Part shown: piece by piece, positions 19,505 to 28,423 of the stretch | Position numbering within the stretch: the first letter of the stretch is position 1 | How the letters are laid out: every line of letters starts with the position of its first letter | Source of the DNA: an uncultured Gammaproteobacteria bacterium | GTDB taxonomy: Bacteria; Patescibacteriota; Patescibacteriia; UBA9934; GWF2-40-263 | Assembly: GCA_964399675.1 (NCBI GenBank) | Contig: CAYNRK010000006.1 | Span: forward strand, 1,886-65,885 | Direction: 5' to 3' | DNA: 64,000 bases | Program-made: the position numbers and the translations under genes | The notes under the pieces: model-generated | The model's input: only the letters and a program-made list of their open reading frames with translations | Database searches by the model: none | What the model was told of the DNA's origin: nothing

Positions 19505-20692
19505 TTAAAGCTTAGGAAGCTCTTCTTCGATAATTTTATAAATCTCACCTTGCCCCTTGCCTTGTTCTGAAAGCTCTACAGCCCTGTCAAATGCACGCTT
19601 TGCTTTTTGTGGTCGTTCACCAAGCTTGATATCAGGACTTGTAAATACATAATCTATTTCCAAATCCTGATTTTTTAAAAGAAAGTGGAGAATATATTCA
19701 TCTGTACGAGCACACCAATAAACATTAAGCAATGTTTCTCCATCTTTTTCATATCTCTCAAAATAACGACCATATTGATCTTTGGCTTCTTTAATAAATT
19801 TTTCTAATTGCAATCCGTTTTCACACTCAGGGTCGTCTTCAGTCAAAGCATCACAAACATCCTTCACAACCTCTAAATTGTCGCCTAAATTAACTTTTCG
19901 ATTGGTACTTAAGTCTTTCGTCGTTATTGTTGCCACATATTCACCTCTCTGCTCATCCCATGTTATTTCAATCTCAAAATCTCCAACTTGTAAAAACTCC
20001 TCATATTCTGGATCTGTTTCATGACCAAGCACTGAGTCAACAAAAATCCGATCTATAACTTCAGCTTTTATTTTCAAAACACTTTCAAGTATTTCTGAAA
20101 ACTCATCATTATTACTTATCCATTGAATTCTTTTGGAAAATTCTTCCATTACTGCCCTTGGTACTGTTTCGACCGTTCCATAACTGACTGGAAATATTGC
20201 CTTTGAAAAAATTTCGGTGGTGTTTGAAACCTCACAAAAATACGCCTCCTTTTCATCGTCAAAACCAATTTTAATTTTAACATCATTGTGCTCAACTGTT
20301 TCTGAATAAGAAGCAGGATCTTCTGATTCAATTAATCCAACAAACTCTAAATTAAAATCAATGTCTGAGAGCCCAAGAACATGATCTTCTAACATTTTAA
20401 AAACTTCCAGTGCGGTATCAGGAATACCTCCATACGTTTCTTCAGCTATTTTGAGTGCTTTGATTTCCCTAACACAATAATGAGCAACCTCTTCGGTTTC
20501 AATAGGAATAATCACTGATTCATCCTCAATTCTTTTATCACGTATCTCACAGAAAAACTGACCCCTTCTTGAATCCCAACCAACAGTAAACGTTGCAAAA
20601 AGTGTGTTTATCACTTCTGGTGAAAATTCTTTTCTTTCTTCTTCAGCTTCTTCTGAGCCACGAGAACCCCATTCAGGTCTTGGTGTTGGCAT
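19505..20692 (-). CDS. Acidic hypothetical protein with four HicB-like modules
   Basis: Start MPTPRPE. Repeated h-x-h-x-(W/F)-D-xxx-x-(Y/F) units. Confidence 0.7.
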   Translation of the reverse strand: MPTPRPEWGSRGSEEAEEERKEFSPEVINTLFATFTVGWDSRRGQFFCEIRDKRIEDESVIIPIETEEVAHYCVREIKALKIAEETYGGIPDTALEVFKMLEDHVLGLSDIDFNLEFVGLIESEDPASYSETVEHNDVKIKIGFDDEKEAYFCEVSNTTEIFSKAIFPVSYGTVETVPRAVMEEFSKRIQWISNNDEFSEILESVLKIKAEVIDRIFVDSVLGHETDPEYEEFLQVGDFEIEITWDEQRGEYVATITTKDLSTNRKVNLGDNLEVVKDVCDALTEDDPECENGLQLEKFIKEAKDQYGRYFERYEKDGETLLNVYWCARTDEYILHFLLKNQDLEIDYVFTSPDIKLGERPQKAKRAFDRAVELSEQGKGQGEIYKIIEEELPKL

Positions 20693-20696
20693 AATA

Positions 20697-22055
20697 TTAA
20701 ACAATAAGTGGTAAAGGATGAAGCTCGCTTGGGCGGCCAAGTACAAGATCTTCGATACGGTACACCCCATGCGTTGGTGCTTCAATATAGCCGTTCCAGG
20801 CCATGCGCGCCATGCCCCCTGAGTTTATCCAATCAAATAACCACTCATTTGTATAGCGTGCATCGTTCATTGGAACTCCACCACCAACATAATCAAGCCA
20901 AATACGGTTAAATTCCTCTTGTGAGCCGATTGGCGGGGCCATAACGACCGCAATGCCCAAACCGGTATAAAAAGACAACTCAGACGGTTTTGTCCACAAA
21001 ATATCAGTTGTTTTCAAAATCTCGTTAAAGCCCGAAAAGTATTCAGTGCGGCAATCAAACTCTGGTACAAGCACCCATTCTCCAAGCTCTCTTTTAAGCC
21101 CAGCGTCTTGCACTGCTTTTCGATAAAAACGAGCTGCGTCTTTTCTTACACCAGCAACAAGATTTAATCTGATTTGATGTTGTCGAATTTTTTGTCTTAA
21201 GCTTTTTAAAATCTTAACTCCAAGTTGACGCTGCGCTCCTGCTCCTCCAACACTGTATGTGACTGTTAATGGATGTTCGTTTTTTTTATTTTTGCCTCGA
21301 GCTTTTCCTAATTCACCTTTCAATGTTTTTGAATATCGATCCATAAAAATTCCTTGTGGATCAAGATTGGCTATTCTGCTCATTAAAAGATCCTTAAGTA
21401 CGGTTGACTTTGCTCCACCAATTAATTCTTTTGGCAATGGAAAACCTGTTGCAAAAATATTTTCATCTCGAACACCATACAACTTTAATCTTTCAACCAC
21501 ACGTCCATTGCTGGCTAAATACTTAATACGGCTTGAGTGCGGATGCATGGGTGCCCATGCGCGCGAGATATCAGCATCAGTTGTTAAGCACCAAATGTCT
21601 CCGGGATAATCATAGTAATCTGCAAAAAATGCTGGAATAAAAAAAGTTGTAACAAGCGGTAATGGATTCTCTGCAAGCTTATCAACCAAATGTTGTCCCA
21701 ATCCATTCTTGATCATATGAAAAATCTGCTTGACCTGAATGCTTGGCTTTGACAAATCTCGACGCGGATAAAACTTTGGAATCTGTTGCCAATGATCAAG
21801 TGCTTCAAAGAAAAAATCACCAATCACTGGAATTGGTTTAAGTCTGGAAATTGTTTCATAAATCTCCCGGCTCTGTTGCCAGAGCTTTTTGTCATGTTTT
21901 GGAATGCCTTTGTAATCATTGGCGGAAATAACCTCACCGCCACCAAGACTGCGAAGCGTGTGCGCTGCGCGCGAATGTCCGTATCCCATGTTCACATCAA
22001 CTACATAAGCTTTTTTTTCTCCTTTGTGTTTGTGAGTGTGATTTTTTTTCGGCAT
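20697..22055 (-). CDS. GT-B fold glycosyltransferase-like protein (MGDG-synthase/UgtP-like)
   Basis: VNMGYGH.RAA, TGFPL, DILWTKPSE and PIGSQEEFN. Confidence 0.65.
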   Translation of the reverse strand: MPKKNHTHKHKGEKKAYVVDVNMGYGHSRAAHTLRSLGGGEVISANDYKGIPKHDKKLWQQSREIYETISRLKPIPVIGDFFFEALDHWQQIPKFYPRRDLSKPSIQVKQIFHMIKNGLGQHLVDKLAENPLPLVTTFFIPAFFADYYDYPGDIWCLTTDADISRAWAPMHPHSSRIKYLASNGRVVERLKLYGVRDENIFATGFPLPKELIGGAKSTVLKDLLMSRIANLDPQGIFMDRYSKTLKGELGKARGKNKKNEHPLTVTYSVGGAGAQRQLGVKILKSLRQKIRQHQIRLNLVAGVRKDAARFYRKAVQDAGLKRELGEWVLVPEFDCRTEYFSGFNEILKTTDILWTKPSELSFYTGLGIAVVMAPPIGSQEEFNRIWLDYVGGGVPMNDARYTNEWLFDWINSGGMARMAWNGYIEAPTHGVYRIEDLVLGRPSELHPLPLIV

Positions 22056-22056
22056 A

Positions 22057-22788
22057 CTAAAAAAAGGTTCGCTCTTTTGATTTTGAAATAATCTCAAAAG
22101 CTTCTTCTGCTGTATCAACAATTTTAACAAGCTTTAAATCTTTTGCAGAAACTGTTTTGTATTGTTTTAATTGAACAGTATCAACCCATTTGAATAACCC
22201 TTCCCAAAAATCTTTTCCAACACAAACAATCGGTGTCTTTTGCATCTTCTTTGTTTGTACAAGTGTAATGATTTCAAAAAACTCATCCAATGTTCCAAAA
22301 CCTCCTGGAAAATAAACATATGCTTGCGCAGATGCAGCAAGCATGACTTTTCGAGTAAAGAAATAATGAAAACCACGACCGCGTGTAACAAACTTGTTAA
22401 TTCGCTGCTCAAACGGAAGTTGGATATTAAGACCGATTGATTCTCCTCCTCCCTGTTTTGCCCCCTTGTTTCCTCCTTCCATAATCCCGGGTCCGCCACC
22501 GGTAATAATTGTAAAACCTTTTTCTGCCAAGAGTTTCCCGAGTTTTACTGATTCTTTATACCACCTGTTTGTTGGTTTAAATCTAGCTGAGCCAAAAAAC
22601 GTAACTTCCCGACATGACTCTGACAAAAATTGAAATCCCTCTACAAACTCAGCCATTATTCGAAAAATTCTCCAAGTAATCTCATGAATGTGCGTTGGTT
22701 CTAATTTTTGATCATCTGCTGCAAGCGGCAACCTACAGACGTGATCTTTTGATCCATGAACCGGATCTTTGTGTGATTTTGATGACAT
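22057..22788 (-). CDS. LOG family protein (TIGR00730-like nucleotide phosphoribohydrolase)
   Basis: FGSAR, TGGGPGIM, FFTRK and PGGFGTLDE. Confidence 0.9.
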   Translation of the reverse strand: MSSKSHKDPVHGSKDHVCRLPLAADDQKLEPTHIHEITWRIFRIMAEFVEGFQFLSESCREVTFFGSARFKPTNRWYKESVKLGKLLAEKGFTIITGGGPGIMEGGNKGAKQGGGESIGLNIQLPFEQRINKFVTRGRGFHYFFTRKVMLAASAQAYVYFPGGFGTLDEFFEIITLVQTKKMQKTPIVCVGKDFWEGLFKWVDTVQLKQYKTVSAKDLKLVKIVDTAEEAFEIISKSKERTFF

Positions 22789-22807
22789 ATTGGTTTATTT
22801 TAACACA

Positions 22808-23341
22808 CTAAAGCAGATATTGCTTTAAAGCTTTTCTATGTGATTTATGTTGTGGACAAAAGAATTCTACAGCCTTCCAAAAGGTTTTTGAATGATTGAA
22901 GTGAACAGAGTGACAAAGTTCATGAACAATAATATAGTCAGCCAACTCTTTGGGAAGAAGCGAGAGTTTGTAATGAAATCCAAGCGAGCCGCTTGTTGAA
23001 CAACTCCCCCATTGTGCTTTATAGTTTCTTAATTTTATTGACTTGACTTCAAATTGAAACCGCTCTGAATGAGTGCTAATACACTCTTCAATTAATTCCA
23101 AAGTTTGTTCTTTGATTTTTTCTATTGAGATCCCTTGGTGTGTAAGATGAATTTTTTTCTTAAATTTTTGTGATTTAGAAACCTGACGATTAATCCAATC
23201 AATATTCTTGTTAATAAATCGTTTGATTTGTTCTTCTGATGGCGGCCGTCTTTTTGGAACAACCATTTCACATCGCCCATCCCAATGCACAACAATACTA
23301 ATATTTTTAGCACGAGAACTCTGCCTAACCGGAATGTTCAT
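22808..23341 (-). CDS. YgjP/DUF45 zinc metallopeptidase-like protein
   Basis: WGSCS, DYIIVHELCH and NHSKTFW. Confidence 0.88.
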   Translation of the reverse strand: MNIPVRQSSRAKNISIVVHWDGRCEMVVPKRRPPSEEQIKRFINKNIDWINRQVSKSQKFKKKIHLTHQGISIEKIKEQTLELIEECISTHSERFQFEVKSIKLRNYKAQWGSCSTSGSLGFHYKLSLLPKELADYIIVHELCHSVHFNHSKTFWKAVEFFCPQHKSHRKALKQYLL

Positions 23342-23367
23342 AGATGTTAATTATATCAGAAACAGAC

Positions 23368-23460
23368 GTGCCACCAGGAGACTCTCTCCTGGTGGCACTC
23401 TTAACAGGAATTGAAAAAGCACTAAGGGTGTTACCGGGATAGTCCTTCCCGGTAACACCC
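23368..23460. repeat. Pair of perfect 14-bp-stem hairpins
   Basis: GTGCCACCAGGAGA-CTC-TCTCCTGGTGGCAC and GGGTGTTACCGGGA-TAGTCCT-TCCCGGTAACACCC. Confidence 0.8.
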
Positions 23461-23529
23461 CCTTGTTTTGACAAAAACCAAATTTTTATGTAATTTTCTC
23501 TTGTTCTTCCAGAACAAAAGGGGTACAGG

Positions 23530-23736
23530 ATGTTGGATCTCACGCTTGGACAAACACACCGTCTCCAGCACATGGGCCAGAACGCAGTAATGGCCGCAGT
23601 CGAAGGACTTGGTCTTCAAAGGAGAGATGTTGACCTCCTCTTCATCACAGACCAGCTTCAACAACTTCTCAACGACGCAGTGCTTGGTGTGGTAACGCAA
23701 GCCGTTCGCCAGTCTCTGCCTGACGCTCCGAGGTAG
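23530..23736 (+). CDS. Small GC-richer orphan protein (68 aa)
   Basis: TTGACA(23468)-17-TAATTT promoter, AAGGGG RBS and amphipathic helical sequence. Confidence 0.55.
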   Translation: MLDLTLGQTHRLQHMGQNAVMAAVEGLGLQRRDVDLLFITDQLQQLLNDAVLGVVTQAVRQSLPDAPR

Positions 23737-23828
23737 TTCGCCTGAACAACCTCATTTTCTTTTTAACCAACCAGACTAGACAAAAAAAATCAAAATTGTT
23801 ATAGTTCCTGCGCATTAAACTTACACCT

Positions 23829-24077
23829 ATGTCAAAATCCTGCATTATCACAGGCAAAAAGACCCGAACCGGATACAATGTGTCAAAATCCAATCGTCGA
23901 ACAAAGCGGAAACTAAAGCCAAATTTGCAAAAGAAGCGGCTTCTGAATCCTGCAACAGGACGAATGGTCACGGTCATAATCTCAACTTCTGGAATGCGAA
24001 CCCTTAAAAAGTGGGATCGCGAAGGAAAAAAATACGACCTGGCACAAATCAAAAAACAAGGGTCATTGTCAAAGTAA
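23829..24077 (+). CDS. rpmB: 50S ribosomal protein L28
   Basis: MSKSCIITGKK...G.NVSKS.RRTKR..KPNLQ...ST.GMRTL. Confidence 0.95.
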   Translation: MSKSCIITGKKTRTGYNVSKSNRRTKRKLKPNLQKKRLLNPATGRMVTVIISTSGMRTLKKWDREGKKYDLAQIKKQGSLSK

Positions 24078-24102
24078 AACACCCTCGCTCAGAGGGTGTT
24101 TT
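24076..24102. terminator. Bidirectional terminator between rpmB and hflX
   Basis: AAAACACCCTC-GCTCA-GAGGGTGTTTT. Confidence 0.8.
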
Positions 24103-25183
24103 CGATTTCCTTTACCAATCCTTCCAATCCATCCTTTTTTTCAGCTGAAATCCAAATGTGATCTTGATCAAACAATTTTTCATCAATTCTCTTCATGTCT
24201 TTTTTAGAAATCTGATCAATCTTATTTAAAACTAAAAGCTGTGGCTTTTCATTAATTCCCAACTTTTCCAAAATATCATCCACTACTTTCATTTGTTGAA
24301 ACATATGCTCGTCTGAGGCATCAACAACATGAAGCAAAATATTAGCCTCAACAGACTCGGACAAAGTTGATGCAAACGCTTTTAAAAGTTCAGGTGGAAG
24401 TTGTTTTATAAATCCAATTGTGTCTGAAACAAGACATGTTTTTCTTTTCCCTGGCAAAAATAATTCGCCAACGCGAGTATCAAGCGTTGCAAACAATTCA
24501 TCTGCCACGTATTCCTTGCGTCCAGTAAGTGAATTGAGCAAAGTTGTTTTTCCAGCATTGGTGTACCCAACAATTGCAACTGTTTTTAAATTTCTTCTTG
24601 TTCGAGAATCACGCTGCAGCTTTCGACCCTTTTCATACTTTTCCAATTTCTTTTTGATCTTTCGTTCTTTTTCTTTTAAGTGACGTTTCATTCGCTCAAC
24701 GTTTGTCTCACCAACCCCAACTGTTCCAATTCCACCGGCTTGACGCGAAAGCTCCATTCCCATACCAAAAATTCGTGGGCCCATGTGACGAATACTTGCA
24801 AGTTCAATCTCTAGCTTTGCTTCAGTGGTTTGTGCATGCTTTGCAAAAATTTTTAAAATAAGATCAATCCTGTCCCAAACCTGAATGTTAACTTTTCCAA
24901 GCACTTCTGAGAGCTCATAAACTTGCCTGGGTTTTAAACGATCATTAATAATCAAAAGCGACACCCCCTTTTCCTCTCCTTCTTCTGCAAGCTCGTGCAC
25001 CTTTCCGGTTCCAATAAATGTTCTCGGATGTGGTGCAAAACGTTTCTGCCATTTTTTAACAATCACAATTCCGCCGTAAGTATTTACAAGTTCTTCAAGT
25101 TCAAGCATCCGATCCATTGCATGCTCCTTTAACATGCGTGGATGAATGAGATCGATTAGAATGGCTTTTTGTTCTTTCTTCAT
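24089..25183 (-). CDS. hflX: GTPase HflX
   Basis: IGTGK, DR..LIL.IF..HA, GYTNAGKT, LFATLD, DTIGFI and NKID. Confidence 0.95.
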   Translation of the reverse strand: MKKEQKAILIDLIHPRMLKEHAMDRMLELEELVNTYGGIVIVKKWQKRFAPHPRTFIGTGKVHELAEEGEEKGVSLLIINDRLKPRQVYELSEVLGKVNIQVWDRIDLILKIFAKHAQTTEAKLEIELASIRHMGPRIFGMGMELSRQAGGIGTVGVGETNVERMKRHLKEKERKIKKKLEKYEKGRKLQRDSRTRRNLKTVAIVGYTNAGKTTLLNSLTGRKEYVADELFATLDTRVGELFLPGKRKTCLVSDTIGFIKQLPPELLKAFASTLSESVEANILLHVVDASDEHMFQQMKVVDDILEKLGINEKPQLLVLNKIDQISKKDMKRIDEKLFDQDHIWISAEKKDGLEGLVKEIENTL

Positions 25184-25263
25184 GAAAGAATCATAGCATA
25201 AAAGAAACATCCGCCGTCGCTCCGTTGGAGCTATGGCGGACAGGCCCGACCAGAAGGCCAGGC

Positions 25264-25638
25264 TTAGAAAGAGTCGGGGTTGGCGAGAATTCTGAGATTC
25301 CCCAAAAGAGGAGTATAGAGCTGTCGGACTGAATCTGGTTCCAAAGTCCGATGCACTTCACCTACGCACACCATCTCGAGAAGGTTCACTCTTCCCGAGC
25401 TGTCACGGACCAAGGTTGCTGCTGTGTCGTAGTCCTTGCGTTCCACAAGGTAGCGCAGTGCGTACCAGACAAAGCTGATCTCGCCAAGCAGCAGAACCCT
25501 GTGCGCAGGCTCGAGCCTTGGGGCTTTGCTTTTCGATGCGGCGAGAAGCGAGTGGTCGAGAACCTGTCCAGGTTCCTTTTCCAGGATTTGCATCACGTCT
25601 CGAAGGGTTTCTGCTGTGACCTTATCTTGATGACTCAT
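25264..25638 (-). CDS. GC-richer orphan protein (124 aa)
   Basis: TTGACA-17-TAACCT promoter and GGAG RBS upstream of ATG 25638. Confidence 0.6.
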   Translation of the reverse strand: MSHQDKVTAETLRDVMQILEKEPGQVLDHSLLAASKSKAPRLEPAHRVLLLGEISFVWYALRYLVERKDYDTAATLVRDSSGRVNLLEMVCVGEVHRTLEPDSVRQLYTPLLGNLRILANPDSF

Positions 25639-25699
25639 CACAACTCCGGTTGCATTCAACAAGAAAAGAGGTTACATGAAAAATCTCTTTGTGTCAATC

Positions 25700-25732
25700 A
25701 AAAAACCCAGAACTTGAGTCTGGGCTTTTTTT
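25700..25732 (-). terminator. Terminator after HU gene
   Basis: AAAAAACCCAGA-ACTTGAG-TCTGGG-CTTTTTT. Confidence 0.65.
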
Positions 25733-25774
25733 CCGATTGCGAGTTTTCCACAGCCGGATTTGAATTTTCTCTAT

Positions 25775-26056
25775 CTAGAGCACTGCTTCCTTAGCAGCCT
25801 TTGCTACTCGGAATTTGACGACCGTTTTTGCTGGAATGTGAATTGATTCACCGGTCATGGGGTTTCGTCCCATGCGGGCAGCTCGGTCCTTTTTGACGAG
25901 CTTTCCAAGCCCTGGGAGTGGAAATTCCCCATTATTTACTACTTCTCGGTAGGCAAGCTCAACGAACTTGTCCCAATGCTCTGAGGCTTCCTTCTTTGAA
26001 ACCCCCAACATTTCAGCCAAAGCATTCACGAATTGGCTTTTGGTCAATTTTGGCAT
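25775..26056 (-). CDS. hup: HU family DNA-binding protein
   Basis: LPGLGKL....RAARMGRNPMTGE.I.IPAKTVVKFR. Confidence 0.93.
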   Translation of the reverse strand: MPKLTKSQFVNALAEMLGVSKKEASEHWDKFVELAYREVVNNGEFPLPGLGKLVKKDRAARMGRNPMTGESIHIPAKTVVKFRVAKAAKEAVL

Positions 26057-26123
26057 AATTGTGGAAAACTTAGGAATTACGATGATTATATTAACATAAC
26101 CCTTATTTTTTGGGAATATGCAA

Positions 26124-26498
26124 TTATCTTTGTTGTGTAAAGTATTCTCTAGCCTTTTTTAAATCACCAACAATGATTGTTGCCATTTCTTCTTCACCGG
26201 GAAACGGAATTAACTCACGAACCTTGTCTAATAAAACTACGTTCAGATTTTTCCCTGTTAACTCAATGTTTTTATCAAGTAAATGAACTTCCATTTTCAA
26301 ACGATAGCCAGAACGCCCATCATTTATACAAACAAGAGATGGATGCATAATCCCATCAACTTCTGTTTCTCCTACATAAACCCCAAGAGCTGGAATTATC
26401 ACGCCTTGCTCTACGGCAATGTTTGCTGTTGGACATCCAAGTTTTGTAGCCCTTCCTTCTCCTTTTTCAACTCTGCCACTAAATGAAATTTGTTGCAT
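26124..26498 (-). CDS. Stand-alone riboflavin kinase domain
   Basis: G.V..G.GR...LG.PTAN, GVY and EVHLLD. Confidence 0.85.
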   Translation of the reverse strand: MQQISFSGRVEKGEGRATKLGCPTANIAVEQGVIIPALGVYVGETEVDGIMHPSLVCINDGRSGYRLKMEVHLLDKNIELTGKNLNVVLLDKVRELIPFPGEEEMATIIVGDLKKAREYFTQQR

Positions 26499-26558
26499 AT
26501 TATTTGTAAAAACGAACATCTACCAGCGTATCTGATATTTCTATATGCTGCAACTATT

Positions 26559-27167
26559 TCAATGGTCTCTCATTATTTCCTTAACATGCCCGATTGCCTT
26601 AATTACAATTTTGTTCATGTCCTCATAACTAAGCTGTTTGATTGCACGAGAAATTGGAATCCACTTTGCATCTTTAACATGCTGAGTTGGATCAGGTGAA
26701 AGCTTTGCGTTTTCCAATGTATCAAACAAAAAGTAATGGATGTCTTTATGGATAAGGGTTCCTCTCTTTTCAAATTGATCACGAAACCAAATATCAATAG
26801 TGCCTAGGTCTTCTAAAAACCGAATCTCTTGAAGCCCAAGCTCTTCCAATGTTTCACGCGCAGCAGCTTCCTCTATGTCCTCGCCTTTTTCAACATGACC
26901 TTTTGGAAATGTCCACTTTCCATAACTATCCTGCATCATTGCAAACCAAACTCGTCTACCCTTTCTTTTAAACACAACACCACCAGCTGAAACTTCTTTT
27001 TCTGCTTGCTGTTTTTTGGTTGAAGATCGAGTCGTTTTCTTTTTTGTCTTTGTGTCAACTGATTTTCTATTAACTTTAGATCGATGACTTACTCTAGTCG
27101 ACTTCCTCTGTTTCGTACGTCCCGAGGATGACTTCGATCGCTGTGTTTTTTTGCGGGTCAATGCCAT
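26559..27167 (-). CDS. NUDIX hydrolase (Ap4A hydrolase-like) with basic N-terminal tail
   Basis: SAGGVV and WTFPKGHVEKGEDIEEAAARETLEELGL. Start uncertain. Confidence 0.85.
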   Translation of the reverse strand: MALTRKKTQRSKSSSGRTKQRKSTRVSHRSKVNRKSVDTKTKKKTTRSSTKKQQAEKEVSAGGVVFKRKGRRVWFAMMQDSYGKWTFPKGHVEKGEDIEEAAARETLEELGLQEIRFLEDLGTIDIWFRDQFEKRGTLIHKDIHYFLFDTLENAKLSPDPTQHVKDAKWIPISRAIKQLSYEDMNKIVIKAIGHVKEIMRDH

Positions 27168-28356
27168 TTTGATAGTTTTCAATAGTAAATGGTATTTCAA
27201 TGTCAGGATCAATTCCTGTTTCATTGATGCTTCGACCTTTTGGTGTGTACCAGGTTGCAATCGTGAGTTTTACAGCTGATCCATCTTTGAGCATTCTATA
27301 ATCTTGTACTGATCCTTTTCCAAATGTTGTTACTCCAATAAGCTCGGCTAAATCATAATCTTGAAGAGCTCCTGCAACGATTTCTGATCCGGAAGCACTT
27401 CCATTGTTAACAAGTACAATCGTCTTAATGTCGCTAAGACGAGGGGCTGTTGCTCCCTTAAATGATTTGGCACTGGTTTTTGCGCGCTCAATCACAACCG
27501 GCTGATACCCAACCCAAGCGGACGCAATATCAATTGCAGCCGTAAGCAGTCCGCCGGGATTACTTCTTAGATCCAAAACAATTCCTTTAACATTCTGTGC
27601 AAGCGCCTCTTGCACTGCTTCATTAAACAAAGGCACAGTGTCATCGTTAAACGTAGTGATGTCTATTTCCATTATGTTATTCTCGTCTATCTCCCATTTC
27701 ACACTATCTATCACAATAGTGTCACGAATGATTGTGAGCTCAAATAATGAATCCAAACCATTTCTGCTAACTGACAAAACAACGCGCGTTCCTTTTTCTC
27801 CACGTATTTTTGTGACAGCTTCTTCAATTGACATTCCACTGGTCTCAGCCCCATCTATGAGAACAATCCAATCTCCAGGCAGTGCGCCAGCACGTTCTGC
27901 CGGTGAGTTTTTAAGTGGTGCAACAATCTGCAACTTTTCATCCTTGATTCCAATCTCTGCTCCAATACCTTCAAAAGAGCCGTTTAGATTTGCCAAAAAT
28001 TTACCGGACTGTTCAGGGTCAAGAAAAACAGAGTAAGGGTCATCAAGGCCGGAAAGCATTCCTTTTAGCGCGCCATAATAGAGGTCTTTGTCTGAAACCG
28101 GTTGATCATAAAATTTTTCTTTTACAAGATTCCACACATCCCAAAATATATCGAAATCAACATCATTTGCACGCGAAGTAATTAATGAACTTTTATTAAT
28201 AATCTGCCCTTCACCATCTGGCACAATTTCACGCACAGCTTTTTGCTTTCCAATAAAAATTCCCAAACTAAATGCGGCTATCACAAGCAATGCACATAGA
28301 AGAATAACTATCGGTCGTGGAAGCCTTGGTTTTTGTTTTATAAATCGTGAGTTCAT
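27094..28356 (-). CDS. ctpA: S41 carboxyl-terminal processing protease with PDZ domain
   Basis: LDDPYS, GIGAEI, LDLRSNPGG, SASGSEI and TFGKGSVQ. Confidence 0.92.
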   Translation of the reverse strand: MNSRFIKQKPRLPRPIVILLCALLVIAAFSLGIFIGKQKAVREIVPDGEGQIINKSSLITSRANDVDFDIFWDVWNLVKEKFYDQPVSDKDLYYGALKGMLSGLDDPYSVFLDPEQSGKFLANLNGSFEGIGAEIGIKDEKLQIVAPLKNSPAERAGALPGDWIVLIDGAETSGMSIEEAVTKIRGEKGTRVVLSVSRNGLDSLFELTIIRDTIVIDSVKWEIDENNIMEIDITTFNDDTVPLFNEAVQEALAQNVKGIVLDLRSNPGGLLTAAIDIASAWVGYQPVVIERAKTSAKSFKGATAPRLSDIKTIVLVNNGSASGSEIVAGALQDYDLAELIGVTTFGKGSVQDYRMLKDGSAVKLTIATWYTPKGRSINETGIDPDIEIPFTIENYQNGIDPQKNTAIEVILGTYETEEVD

Positions 28357-28423
28357 ACCGCATAGGATACCGATTATGAAAACCCTTGTCGAGCTTACCT
28401 AAGTATGCGTACAATATCGCCAT

